Source of the DNA: Callorhinchus milii
Lineage: Eukaryota
NCBI RefSeq assembly: GCF_018977255.1
Contig: NW_024704742.1
Coordinates: 132,186,001-132,250,000 of the forward strand
Direction: 5' to 3'
DNA length: 64,000 nt
Part shown: piece after piece, positions 1 through 11,494 of the stretch
How the letters are laid out: each line of letters starts with the position of its first letter
Numbering within the stretch: position 1 is the first letter of the stretch
Notes under the pieces: model-generated
What the model saw: the letters and a program-made list of their open reading frames with translations, nothing else
Database searches by the model: none
What the model was told of the DNA's origin: nothing
Position numbers and translations under genes: made by a program

Positions 1-119
1 ATTCCCATAATGAGTTGGTCACAGTTGGAGTATTGTGTCTAGTTTGGGGCTAGAAGGATGTAAAACCCATAAATAGGGTTACAAGGACATAACAATCAAG
101 AAAATAACAATCCCTTCTT

Positions 120-1282
120 CACAATATACCCAGTCAATCCACTGAACAATATATTCTGTGAAGTGCTTTGAGACATCTCAACGACGGGATTACAACAACA
201 ACAACAAAATTACATTTATAGAGTGTCGTTCACGTCGGGAGGACATCCCAAGCGTTGGACAGTCATGGGTCAGGACCCAAGCATGGGGGAGGAGTGGGGT
301 ATGGGTGAGGGAAGGCAAAGAGGTGGGAGTGCGACTGAAGGCACGACCGAAGATGAGGTTCTTGAGACCAGCCTTGAAGGAGGCAAGGGAGGAAGCGAGG
401 CGAAGGGACTGTGGGATGGAGTTCTAGAGTGTGGGGGCAGAGAGGTTGAAAGTTCGGCCACCGATGGTAGGGCGGGAGACATGGAGCAGGTCGGAGCCCG
501 CTGAACGGAGGGAGTGGGCAGGTTGGTAGAGAGTCAGCAGGTCATAGAGATAGGAGGGGGCAAGGCCATGGATGGCCTTGAAAGTGAGGACGAGGATCTT
601 GATTTCGATCCTCTGGGGGATGGGGAGCCAGTGGAGTCGGGCGAGGGTGGGAGTGATGGGGTCACAGAGCCTGGTGCGTGAAAGTACATGAGCTGCAGAG
701 TTTTGGATGATTGCAGCTTGTGAAGGGAAGAGTTGGGAAGGCCAATGAGGAGGGAATTTCCATAATCGAGCCTTGATGTGACAAATGCGTGGATGAGGGT
801 TTCGGCAGCCTGAGGGCTGAGGCAGTGTTGGAGTCCGGCAATATTGCGGAGGTGGTGGTAGGCAGTGCCGGTCATGGCGCGGATGTGGAGGAAAAAGGAC
901 AGTTCAGAGTCAAACAAGACACCCAGGTTCCTGACTGGCTTAGTGAGGTTGAGTGTGCAGCCAAGGATGCTGATGCTGCCAGCGCCCCAGTTGTGGAGAT
1001 GCTGGCGCGAGCCAATCAGGAGGGCCTCGGTCTTGCTGACGTTCAGCTGGAGAAAGTTGTCCCTCATCCAGGACTTGATGTCGGACAGGCAGTCGGTCAG
1101 TATTCCTGGAGTTGAGGATGGCGGCAGAGAGATAGAGTTGGGTATCATCCTCATACATGTGGAAATTTACCCCATGTCTGCAGATGCTGTCACTGAGGGA
1201 AGCATGTAGACGGTAAAGAGGAGGGGACCGAGGACGGAGCCCTGAGGATTAAGTGCTATATCAAACGCAAGGATTATTATTT
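120..1282 (+). mobile_element. SINE 3' fragment split by the L2 insertion (120-192 and 1246-1282)
   Basis: cagtcaatccact...gtgaagtgctttgagacatctcaacgacg resumes after the L2 as aagtgctatatcaaacgcaaggattattat. Confidence 0.8.
193..1245 (-). mobile_element. 5'-truncated L2 LINE (RT C-terminal half, 3' UTR, (GTT)n tail) inserted into a SINE tail
   Basis: ORFs 534..1154 and 940..1158 give L2-type ORF2 motifs ([40 protein letters not shown]), frameshifted. (CAA)n at 193-206. Short TSD GGATTA at 187-192 and 1246-1251. Confidence 0.93.
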
Positions 1283-1284
1283 TT

Positions 1285-1612
1285 ATTCATCACGTCATTG
1301 AGACGTCTCAAAGCACATGATAAACTGTAAAATGTTGGTCTGTGTATTTTCTGGGGGCAAACACAGCAACCAATCTTTGCACAGAAATGTCCCATAAACA
1401 GCCATGAAGTGAATGACCAATTTAATTTGGGGAATTGTTGGTCAGGGCAGTTACCAGAGAAATTCCCTTCTCTTTTTGAAAGTGCCATGGGATCTTTAAC
1501 GTTCACTTGAACAGGTGGACAAGACCTTGGTTTAATGTCTTATTCGAAGGATGGCACTTCCAACAATGCAGGGTCCCCCCTCACTGCGCTGGAGTGTCAA
1601 CATTGATCATAT
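1285..1612 (-). mobile_element. Deu-domain SINE (SacSINE1/AmnSINE1-like), old copy
   Basis: Reverse complement has gtgaacgttaaagatcccatggcactttc...tggctgtttatgggacatttctgtgc, typical of the Deu domain. Confidence 0.8.
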
Positions 1613-1619
1613 GGATTTC

Positions 1620-1998
1620 GGGTTAAGGATGAGTGTTTCTACTAATGAGGAAAGATTGTATAAACTGAGGCTGTTTTCCCTTCAACGTAGAAGGTTGAGA
1701 ATAGATCTGTAACATAAACGGGGAGAATTTATTTCCACCTGTCGGTGAATCGGTAACTAGAGGTGACAGATTCAAATTGCTTACCGAAAGAACAAAGGGA
1801 GAGGTCAGGAGAATTTTATTTTCCACAGAGGTTGTTAGGATGTTAAACCCCTGTCCTGAAACTGCAATGGAAGTAAAGTCCATCAGCTTTTAAGAAAGAA
1901 TTAAATAATCATCTGAAAAGAAGAGGGTATCGGTAAAAGCTAGCAGAATGGGGCTAAATGGATAGTTCCTTCAGAGAGCCAGTACGGGTCCAATGAGC
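1620..1998 (+). mobile_element. CR1 LINE 3' fragment
   Basis: Degenerate L.KL.LFSL..RRLR.DL and TRG..F.L / FF..RVV..N.LP motifs, followed by a CR1 3' UTR. Confidence 0.8.
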
Positions 1999-3149
1999 CC
2001 ACAAAATATATAGTCACTATACTTTACAGTATATTCTGTGAAGCGCTTTGAAACATCTCAAAGCTGTGATAAGGCACTATATCAAATGCAAGGATTGTTT
2101 TTATTATTTCTGTGAACCTAAGGTTCTGCAGGTAGAGGAGGAACTATGAGGGTCACCAGGATAATCTAATGTTCTTCAGGCTTGAAAAGAGACATCTCAA
2201 AGGGGATCTTATAAACTATATATAAATTTACAGCACATCCGGTCTATGTTGTCTCTTTTAAAGAGCAATCCGTTCAAGGATTGCCCATGTTTAATGTGAT
2301 GGTGAAAGTATACCCAGCCGCACAGGCTCTGGGTTGTGTGCAAGGTAATGTTATGACAGACAAATATTTCATGCCACAGAGGGTAGTTTCGCCCACAAGA
2401 TATACAGTCAATTCACTTTACAGTATATTCTGTGAAACGCTTTGAGACGTCTCGACGATGTGATAAGGCCCTATATCAAATGCAAGGATTATTATTATTA
2501 TTATTATTATAGTGGAAGAGATTACCATTAAGAGTTTTAGAGGCTAGAAGTCTGGTGTCATTTAAGAAACAGCTTCAGTGTTGCAAGGGGAAGATGTTAG
2601 GGTGGATATTCAGGAAGCACAAGATCAAATGAGCGAAATACACCTCTTTTGTGGAAAATCTAAACTCAACGGTGATGGTTTTGACTGGGACGAGTTAACT
2701 CAACATAACCTTGACTTGGGCAGAGGGGGGTAGGTTGGAAAGATCGTTAGAAACATACAGTGTTGTATTAAACTTTTATGAAATGACAATGAAAATAAAC
2801 TTAAAATAAACTTTACAGTTTATTCATCTGTTTGATACACAGTCACTACATTTTACAGTAAACCTTGTGAAGCACTTTGAGACTTCCACTCGAAATAAAA
2901 GACCCCTTGGAACTCCATCCCGGAGCCCTTCCACCTCCACCCCTCCTTGTGAGCTGGTGTTATGGATCCAGTGATTGCCTGCTCAAAACTGACTGTATGT
3001 GGACTAATGGTGAGGGTAGGGCCAACCTCCACCATTAATGCCCTCAATTCGCAGTCTACCCGGAACGCAGTGTGTAGCGTCAGGTATAAAAAATAGTCTA
3101 CCTGGTTGAGGTACAGCACTTGAGTTCCTCTCTTACAGCAGCACACAGC

Positions 3150-3600
3150 CTCTTTGTAAGTGTTCTCCCACCAGCAAAAAGCTCCGAGATGAGTTTGTTT
3201 ACTCTCTGTTGTTCATCCATTTTTTCAAGACCCTTTGAGTCTCCTAATGTTTTCACTTCTTCCCCAACTGCTCTCTTACCGCTATGTTAGAATTTAGTGG
3301 CACTATGCTTGTCTTTATTGCTTTGTCCATTTCTGTTCCTCTCTTGGCTCCCTATATGCCTTTTTATAGGCTTCTGTACAGTAGTGTACTCATCCCAACA
3401 GTCACTCTCTGCCTTCTCCCTACAAGATTCATAAATCTTCCCTTTGTTCTTAATCTCTTTTAATTTTCCCGTCGATCTATTTGTGTGTAATGTGCCCATA
3501 CTGTATTCAGGTATGTATTCATCTTTCATGCTCCGGATATTTAGCTTCAACTGATTTACCTTGAGTAGCCTTGATCTCTTTGCCTCCACTCCTTCCCCTT
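3150..3600 (-). mobile_element. Highly degraded CR1 ORF2 fragment (EN-RT linker)
   Basis: ORF 3287..3589 (K..Y......W.EY...QK..KR.I...) resembles the linker encoded at 34800-35040. Confidence 0.55.
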
Positions 3601-4147
3601 CTATGTTATTTCTAAGAACATAAGATATTATTTAGCTCAGCCATTGGGGGGAATACGAAAAAAATCAGAGCCATTGTAAATCTTAATTTGTGAAATCAAG
3701 CCAACAATTTCCTAGATAAAATCAGTCATGGTTGTTTGGGAGACATCGCTGTGCACAAGTCGGCTGTTCATCTAAAAAATACAGCAACAAACAAAATTGA
3801 AAAAATGTTATTAAAAAAATACAGTGATTTCAATTTACAATAATTCCTGTGCAGAGCTTTGAGACATCTCAACAAAGCGATAAGGCACTATATTAAATGC
3901 AAGGATTATTATTAAATTACACGGAAAGATACAGCTCAGACCAGTGTTTATACATCGGAAAACATTGGAATATGGGAACAGTAGTTGGCCATTCAGCCCC
4001 TATTCAACAATATTCCACTATTGTGTTAGATCATGATTGCTTTGCATCTCAACTATTTATCTGTCTACGTTCCATATCCCTTGATAGTCCTACCCTAACA
4101 TATATCTATCTTCAAGCTTAATTTTGTTTGTTGTTGTTGTATTTTGT

Positions 4148-4420
4148 GGAGACCTGGATTTGATTCCCAGCAGGGTGAAATGTTGGGCAAGTTTCCTTAC
4201 TCCACATGCCTCTGTTTACCTAGCAGTAAGTAGGAACCCGGTTGTTATTTGATTCATGGATTGCTTTTGCAGGTGTAATAATTCCTTAAAAAAATAATAC
4301 AATAATTTGCTCACTCAATCTATGACTGTTTGTGGGACACTGCTGTGTGCAATTGGCTGCCCACAAAATATTCAGTCAATTCACCTTACAGTTTATTCTG
4401 TGAAGCGCTTTGAGACATCA
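4148..4420 (+). mobile_element. tRNA-Ala-headed SINE, long subfamily, truncated at both ends
   Basis: ttgggcaagtttccttactccacatgcctctgtttacctagcagtaagtaggaacc core. Confidence 0.85.
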
Positions 4421-4489
4421 GCAGTCTCACTCCCCAATCCTCTGGGTGGTGGATGGGGAATGAGGCACCAGCCTCCTGCTCATCCCTCG

Positions 4490-4718
4490 CACCCTCCGCT
4501 CCACCATTATAGGTCGCCACTACACGCCGTACGTTCTCCCTCAATCCCTCCGCCATGCCCCCTCTCTCCCCTTTTTCTAGTCCCGCCTGAAAACCTTCCT
4601 TTTCGACCGTGTTTATGGTCAACCACCCACCACCACCCCCCCAACTCGGATTGATGCTCTGACACTGTTAAATGCTCTGAGACGCTAGCTTTCATGGAGG
4701 ACGCTATATAAGTTGTTG
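4490..4718 (+). mobile_element. L2 3' fragment
   Basis: aaaaccttccttttcgaccg (KTFLFDR) followed by tail gcgctatataagttgttg. Confidence 0.75.
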
Positions 4719-4959
4719 TCTCAAAAACATGATCAGGCGCTCTATCAAATACAACAATTACTATTATTATTATTATTATCTACCAATCTCAGACTTGAAA
4801 ACTCACGTTGACCTAGCATCCACAGCCTTTTGGGGCAGAGAGTATTTCAGATTTATGCAACCCACAACAATTTGTGTGGAAAAAAAAGAAGAAATGAGTT
4901 CTGTTTGTCGGGGTGAACGGCAGAGCTGGAGAAGGAGTGGGCGCAGAAATGGTGAAGAG

Positions 4960-5720
4960 CTGAGAACGTCACCCAAAAGGCTTGTGACAGCACGGCATAA
5001 TTGCACAGAGATTGCAGGATACAACAGTAATTGCAATCAGGCTGGTCTATCTGTGTTGAAACGGCCGCGGTTCCATATTTTCAATAAAGTTGTCCAAATG
5101 TAATTTGCCCAGCACAATGCTCGCTGACAGAGTGGCGTCCCTATTAATGTCCATTTGTCATATATTATTACATGTCCTATTATTTAGCAGATAAGAAAGC
5201 TGTAGTCTCTAGCTGGACGGTAATCGCAAACTTAATTTCCAGTGAAAGGTAAGAGCGTCAGCGCTTGAAAAATGACTCCTTTTGTCAAGTTGATATCTTT
5301 GCTGCAGCAAAATTTGAGAGAAGCGGGCTGATAAGCAAGGAGCGGGGGTAATTACTCTGCGTGTACAGAAATCATACTTCAGTGGAAATGTACTTGAGCC
5401 TTCCTGCAATCACATTCTGTTCCAGCGCCTCACATCACTGATGATTTTTGCCATTTGCAATCATCCACTTCTGCTCTGGAATCCAACCTTTTCAACTCTG
5501 GGCAGTCTGCTGAGCTGTCACTTTCAGACCCTCAGATTCAGCTCCCTGTTCTCAAATAAACCCCCGTCACAAAGAGACTCGTTAATTCTTCTTTTTCTTT
5601 TCCTCCCAAGATCCCCGTTATTCAGACAATGCAAGGCCCGTTGAAAGGGGCAAAGAACTATTAAGCAGCCTGCAAAAGAATAATTATTTTTATGGAGGTC
5701 CAAAAAAAGCCCATTTCAAA
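4960..5720. promoter_or_regulatory. Candidate conserved non-coding element
   Basis: Long repeat-free island retaining CpGs, with TGACAG, TAAT and GATAAG motifs. Conservation not tested. Confidence 0.35.
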
Positions 5721-6509
5721 AGTGGACGTGCAAATAAAAAACAGAGGTCAAGAATATTCAGATCTTACGTAACTGATTCAGGAAACAAAGAGGTAAATAG
5801 AGATGACTGTATATCCTGTAATCACAACGCCACACATGATCGCAATAGATGTTCAGATGAATGACCCTTTGGCCGATTTAGTCTCATCCTACCAAAATGC
5901 TAGGCGGGAGCGCTCCAAGACAAGTCTGCTGTACTTTAAACCGGCTTATTAAACGTCAATTTTCAGGATGAAAAGATTTAAATTGATCCCCTCAGACTGA
6001 CGATGGTCAACAGTTAAGATAGTGGTAAACACATCTAGAATTTTCACCAAGGTATAGATTAGCGCATTGATTGTAGTTGATCACTGGGGAATGACATTCT
6101 GTTATTATTGTTGCTGTTGACATTCCAATGCAGTGTCGGAGGTCCCAAGGCTCCCCCCTAGACAAAATTATGCAGCAAGTTTTCTTTGAAATATACTCCT
6201 ATGTTCCTAAATAAGAATAATAATCCTTGCATTTGATATTGCGCCTTATCACATCTTCTAGACGTCTCAAAGCATTTCACAGAATAGAGGGAGCTAACCT
6301 GTTTTGAACACATTATGAACCATACAAGCATTACACATTCATGGAGCACAAAAAGATCAATGCTACACATTCTTACAATAGAAATGGACAGAAAAACTTC
6401 AAACAGATGTTGAAATTAAAAATCCTTGCATTTGACAAATTACGTCAATGAACAATTATCACAGGTAAGAATATTTTAAATATTAGTGGCCAAAATGTTA
6501 AGCGGCATG

Positions 6510-6833
6510 CAGTCTAGTAGTGTAATGGTTAGAGCACTTGCCTCACAAGCGAGACCCAGGTTTGATACCTGGATGGAATATTATCTTAGGCAAGTTTCCT
6601 TACTCTTTTTACCTAGCAGTAAATGGGATCCCAGGTGTTAGTCATAATTTCTCTAAAAAATAATAATTTGGTCATGACTGTTTGTGGGACTCTGCTGTGC
6701 GCAATTGGCTGCTGCATTTGCTCCCACAAAATACACACTCAATTAATTTTACAGTATATTCTGTGAAGTGCTTTGAGATGTCTCAACGGTGTGATAAGGC
6801 GCTATATTAAATGCCAGGATTGGGATTATTATT
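6510..6833 (+). mobile_element. tRNA-Ala-headed SINE, long subfamily, near full length, diverged
   Basis: Head tggttagagcacttgcctcacaagcgag, core cttaggcaagtttccttactc, tail gcgctatattaaatgccaggatt. Confidence 0.85.
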
Positions 6834-7259
6834 AAATCCAATGTGGATTTCTCAGAGTAGTTGGCAGAGGGTTGGGAGCAGGGGGTAGAAATGAAATGCA
6901 AGTTGTTGTATTTTTGTATCTATTTTCAATGTTCCCAACGTTCAGTTTTTTCTCTTCATTTCTGCCCTAATAGATTGTTAAAAATGTATAGCAAATCTTC
7001 CCCACATTAAATTCTTCCCTCGTGTTGTTCTGCAACACTCAGAGATATATGTTATGGGATTATTGAGTTGGAAAAAATATACAATGGAGAGATGTTTCTC
7101 ATGTATCAATCCCCTCTCCTCAAAGTGTGTAAATATAACAGCATTTTTGGGTGGAAATGATATACTGGAGCTCCCCCTATAGCTCAGAGTGAGACTAAAC
7201 ACTGGCCCGAAATTCCAAATAGTTTTATCCTTAAAACTGTTGTCTTAAAATAAAAGGCA

Positions 7260-7625
7260 AACAATCCTTGCATTTGATATTGTTTCTTCTTCGCCAGGAT
7301 CGCACCTCAAATCTGTTTACAGGTAAAGTGTAGTAGCTGTGTATTTTGTACGTGAACGAGGCAGCCAAGTTATGCACAGCAATGTCCCACAAACAACTGT
7401 AAAGTGGGAGATTGTTGACCAAGACACCAAGAGAAACTGCCTTCTTTTTGAATAGTGCCACGGGGATCTTAACGTCCACCTGAACAGACAGAAAGTGCCC
7501 TCGGTTTAAAGTCTCATCCGAAAGATGGTACCTCAGACAATGCAACACGCCCCCAGCACTGCATTGGAGGGTCAGTCTAGACTGTGAGTTGAAAGATCCA
7601 ACGTGGGGCTTGAACCCACAGCCAG
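7260..7625 (-). mobile_element. Deu-domain SINE
   Basis: Reverse complement has ggatgagactttaaaccgagg...gttcaggtggacgttaagatccccgtggcactattc. Confidence 0.85.
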
Positions 7626-8589
7626 GTTGACTTCTTAAAACGTAAAATTCTTCATTTTATTCTTAATCTGAAAAGCGTTTTTCCACGTTTTCAGAACTAA
7701 AATAAGATTCTCTCAAAATTCCACCATCCTTAAATTTGGGGACTATGGTCAATAGGCATTGCTGGAATCAACGGAGATGTTTAGAAGAGAGGTAGACAGA
7801 TATTTGGGTGTACAAAAAAAAGCATTTCACTCAAACCACAACTGTCTGTGGGACATTGCTGTCCGCAATTGGCTGCCGAGATTCGCCCACAAAATATAGT
7901 CAATTCACTTTACAATATATTCTGTGAAGTCCAGTAGCTCCGATGGTGCTGTGGAGGGGGAGGAGGGGGAGTGGGAGGGAACTGCGCAGTAGTCAAGTGG
8001 AAGGGGACAAACAGACAAGTTAGATTAGCAGAGATCACTCATTAATGTTTAGAAATGACTATCCATGTAAAGTGCTGCCAGATACACTGCACACAGCTTC
8101 CTTCCCCTGTACTCCAGATTGACAGAGGGGCGCAGTTAGGTTGGCAGATGTGTAATGGAGAGCGGGGGAGCTTTGGGAGTTCTTAAGCTGTGCTATTGGC
8201 TTTTGGAGCTCTGTTACCCACAGATACACTGATAACTTGTCTGAGACATCCTTCCCATGGCACCCAACATTTATCTGGCCGCTTCACAGGGCTGTCTGAC
8301 ACCAAGGGTCACGTACAGTGGGAAGCTCATTTGTCCCAGTCAGAACAACAACTCTGCAAGAGAAGGCAGGGAGTCAAGATAATAGCAATAATAATACTTA
8401 CACTTGATGTGGCGTCTTTCACATCAGGAGGACTTCCCAAAGACTTTACTGTGACTGTGTTTGTAGGCAAACGCAGCAGCACAATTGCGCACAGCAATGT
8501 CCCACAAACAGCCATGAAACGAATGACCAATTTTATTTGAGAGACTGTCGGCCAGGACACCGAGATAAAACAGACTCTTGAAAACAGCA

Positions 8590-8867
8590 ACACACAATCA
8601 AAGCTGCTTTCCGCAGCTCATTTGAAAACTGCAGCACTTGAGAGCTCAGATTCTATTAAAGCAATCAATCAAGACGCTGTTTACGTTCTTAAGAATGAGC
8701 TTAATTTTGATTTACCATTCGGTGTTCTCTGAGAAATTTCCCTAACTCTCCGCGGATTATATTGTCACCTCATCAGGGGGAAGGGCTGCTTTGCAGTGTC
8801 GAGCAAGTCATTCAAAATTACATTTAGTGTAAAATCAAAGCCGCAGTAAATAGCAGACACGTTGCAT
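8590..8867. promoter_or_regulatory. Candidate enhancer / CNE
   Basis: ATCAATCA (Pbx-Hox), TGTTTAC (Fox) and two ATCAAAG (TCF/LEF) within 280 bp of repeat-free DNA. Confidence 0.42.
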
Positions 8868-8899
<32 letters not shown>

Positions 8900-8921
8900 C
8901 CACACAGAGAGAGAGAGAGAG
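8868..8921. repeat. (GA)n microsatellite
   Basis: Direct reading, with short interruptions. Confidence 0.95.
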
Positions 8922-9019
8922 AATGGGAGGAAAGAGAGGGAGAGGGTATTTTTGTTTGGATGCATTCATCTACAAAAGAATGTACACACAGTCCTTCTCT
9001 TCCCTCTTGCATGTCCCTC

Positions 9020-9164
9020 ATCTCATGGGGAGGATAAATTTGGAAGGCTGTGTGGAGAGAGCAGGGGTGTGTGAATCATTTGGATAGCTCTTTCAAAGAG
9101 CTCACACGGGCATGATGGGCCGAATGACTTCCTTCTGTGCTGTATAATTCTATGATTCTATGAT
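9020..9164 (+). mobile_element. CR1 3' end
   Basis: gggccgaatgacttccttctgtgctgtataattctatgattctatga; terminal (ATTCTATG)n. Confidence 0.9.
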
Positions 9165-9400
9165 CCTATCCCCTCTGCTCCACCATCAGTGGCTGTGCCT
9201 TAAGTCATTACACCCTAAAACTGTGGCACTCCCTGCCTCAATCCCTCAGCCTTGCCCCCTCCTTGCCCATCTTCAGATTGCTCGTGAAGACCTTCCTTTT
9301 CGACTGTGCCAATGGTCACCTCCCGCTCCCCCAGTTTGATGTCAAGCTCCACCACTTCTAAATGCTCAGTGTGAAGGCCGTTATATAAATGTAGTTGTTG
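9165..9400 (+). mobile_element. L2 3' fragment
   Basis: STI.G.A.SHY..KLW.SLP-type coding remnant followed by tail tataaatgtagttgttg. Confidence 0.8.
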
Positions 9401-10806
9401 CTGTGCTTTTGTTGTTGGTTTACTGTAATTATTGTTAAGTGCAGCTATTGTTTATTTGCAGGGAAACGCGCCAGCCAATTTCACGCACAGTATGGTCACA
9501 CAGATAACCAGGAGGTAATGTTCAATTATTCTGGAGGATTGTTGGTCAGGAGACAGGGAGAAACTCCCTTCTCTTTCTGAATACTGTTGTGGGTACTTTA
9601 ACATCCGCATGAACAGGCTGACAGTATTTGGGTTTACCTTTCTCATCTAAAGGATGTTCAGCAACTTCAACAACCCAGCATTCTCTTTCTCTACCCCTCC
9701 TCCACGCCCACACACCCCCACACCCCACACACGAACACACAAAAAATGCTATTAGTACTAATAATCCTTGCATTTATTATGGCGCCTTATCACGTCTTCT
9801 AGACGTATCAAAGCGCTTCACAGAATCCACAGTGAAGTGAATTGATTGTATATTTTGTGGGTGAAACATGTTTCCAAACCCAATCACCTAAACTGTGAGC
9901 TCAAGTCCTGACGTGAGGCTTGAACCCATAACCTTCTGACCCAGCAAGGGTGCTACCAACTGAGCCAAACTGGCACAGGACCCTACCTGGCTTTAGGAGC
10001 GTAAGGATTGAATTCTGGGATGCACTTCTCCATCCAGGAGGTGAGTTGGATGAGAAATTGAGGGAGCGGAGAGACAGAGAAAAAAATTGCAGACAACCTT
10101 TGTTCTATGCACCTCAGGCCCTGACTGTTCAGAAAAGCAATCCTATGTGTAGGGTGAAACCTGGTATTCTCACCAAGTCCTTTTGCAGACCTTTTATCAC
10201 TGGAGGTCATAAATTTTGCCCTAAAGGTAGCAATGCACTACTATGCACTGGCCCTTAAAGTTTCCAAAGTATAACACTCAAAAGAACCAAGATATAAGTG
10301 CTATTACAGGCCGAGAAATGGACTTTGAACTGCTTTTTTTGACTCTAGTGGTAATTAAAATTTATACTCTCTCTCTCTGCTATGTAAGAGTCTCTCTGAT
10401 ATTGCCCTTATCCTACGTTATGCTGTTGATCACTCACTCACTGCCAGTAGGAATAACAATGGCAGGAATCAAATCAAATCTAAAGGCCAACAATTGTGCC
10501 AAGCCGGGGGAGGGGGTGAGGGGGTGGGGGTGGGGTGGTGGGTGGGACGGCAAAGGGAGGGGGGTGGGGGAGGGGATTAGAGTGGAGGTCTCACCCAAAG
10601 GAATCAATGACAATTCCCAACATGCTTTTCACGTCAGTGAGACAACATCAACCAATTGCATTTATACAGCATTCTGCACATAGGGTTATGTCTCAGAGTG
10701 CTTCACAGCGACAGAATGTCAAGCAAGTGAGAAGGGAGGATGAAGAGGTTACCATAGGTGCTGTCGAAGAGGTAGGTTTTAGGGTGTGATTTAAAGATAG
10801 ATAAGA

Positions 10807-11127
10807 GTGGAGTCCTGTAGCTCAGTGGTTAGAGCACTCGCTTTGCAAGCGAGAGACCTGAGTTCAATCCCAGGCAGGGCGAAACCTTGGGCAAGTTTCC
10901 TTACTCCACACAGAGCCTAATAATAATCCCTCCAAAACCAAAAACAATAATAAATTGGTCATTTTCAATGTACGACTGTTTGTGGGACATTGCTGTGCGC
11001 AATTGACTGCCGCGTTCGCCCACAAATATACAGTCAATTGACTTTACAGTGTGTTCTGTGAAGCGCTTTGGGACGTCCTCCCGACTTGAAAAGCGCTATA
11101 TCAAATGCAAGGATTATTATTATTATT
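10807..11127 (+). mobile_element. Full-length young tRNA-Ala(TGC)-headed SINE, short subfamily, inserted in an old L2 3' fragment
   Basis: A box tagctcagtgg, anticodon arm ctcgc-tt-tgc-aa-gcgag, B box gagttcaatcc, L2-like tail and (ATT)n. TSD-like ATAAG on both sides. Confidence 0.95.
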
Positions 11128-11494
11128 ATAAGGAAGGACAAAGCAGAACAATAGTTTCAGAGTTTAGGGCTTGAGGATTTGGTCACCGATAGTAATGAAC
11201 AGGGGGTGGGGAAGATGCACAGCAGGCCCGAGTTAGCTCAAAACACTTCAGTCTGACACCAGAATTGGAGGTGACGGTTTGGGAGATGCTGATGAGGATG
11301 TGGGGGGAGAATGATGGGCAAAAACACAGTCAAATGATAGGTCTTATGGTAGGGCTTAAAAGTGGAGAGGGAGGTTAGGAGTTCCAGAGAGCAGGGGCAG
11401 AACAGATGAAAGCTTGACCACCAATGGTAGGCAGAGTTTAATGAAGGCTGTCAGTTGTTAGAATTAAAGTAATGTTTTCCAAATATAAATACAG

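Noticed and set aside
5191..5248. 58-nt candidate exon (ttagcag...aaag|gtaaga)
   Set aside because: Weak polypyrimidine tract, not frame-preserving, no recognisable peptide and no partner exons.
10811..10882. tRNA-Ala(TGC) gene (also the heads at 12510-12583, 33413, 40187, 52190 and 62590-62663)
   Set aside because: It has A/B boxes and an anticodon arm but an imperfect T-arm, and it continues into a SINE body and tail. These are SINE heads, not tRNA genes.
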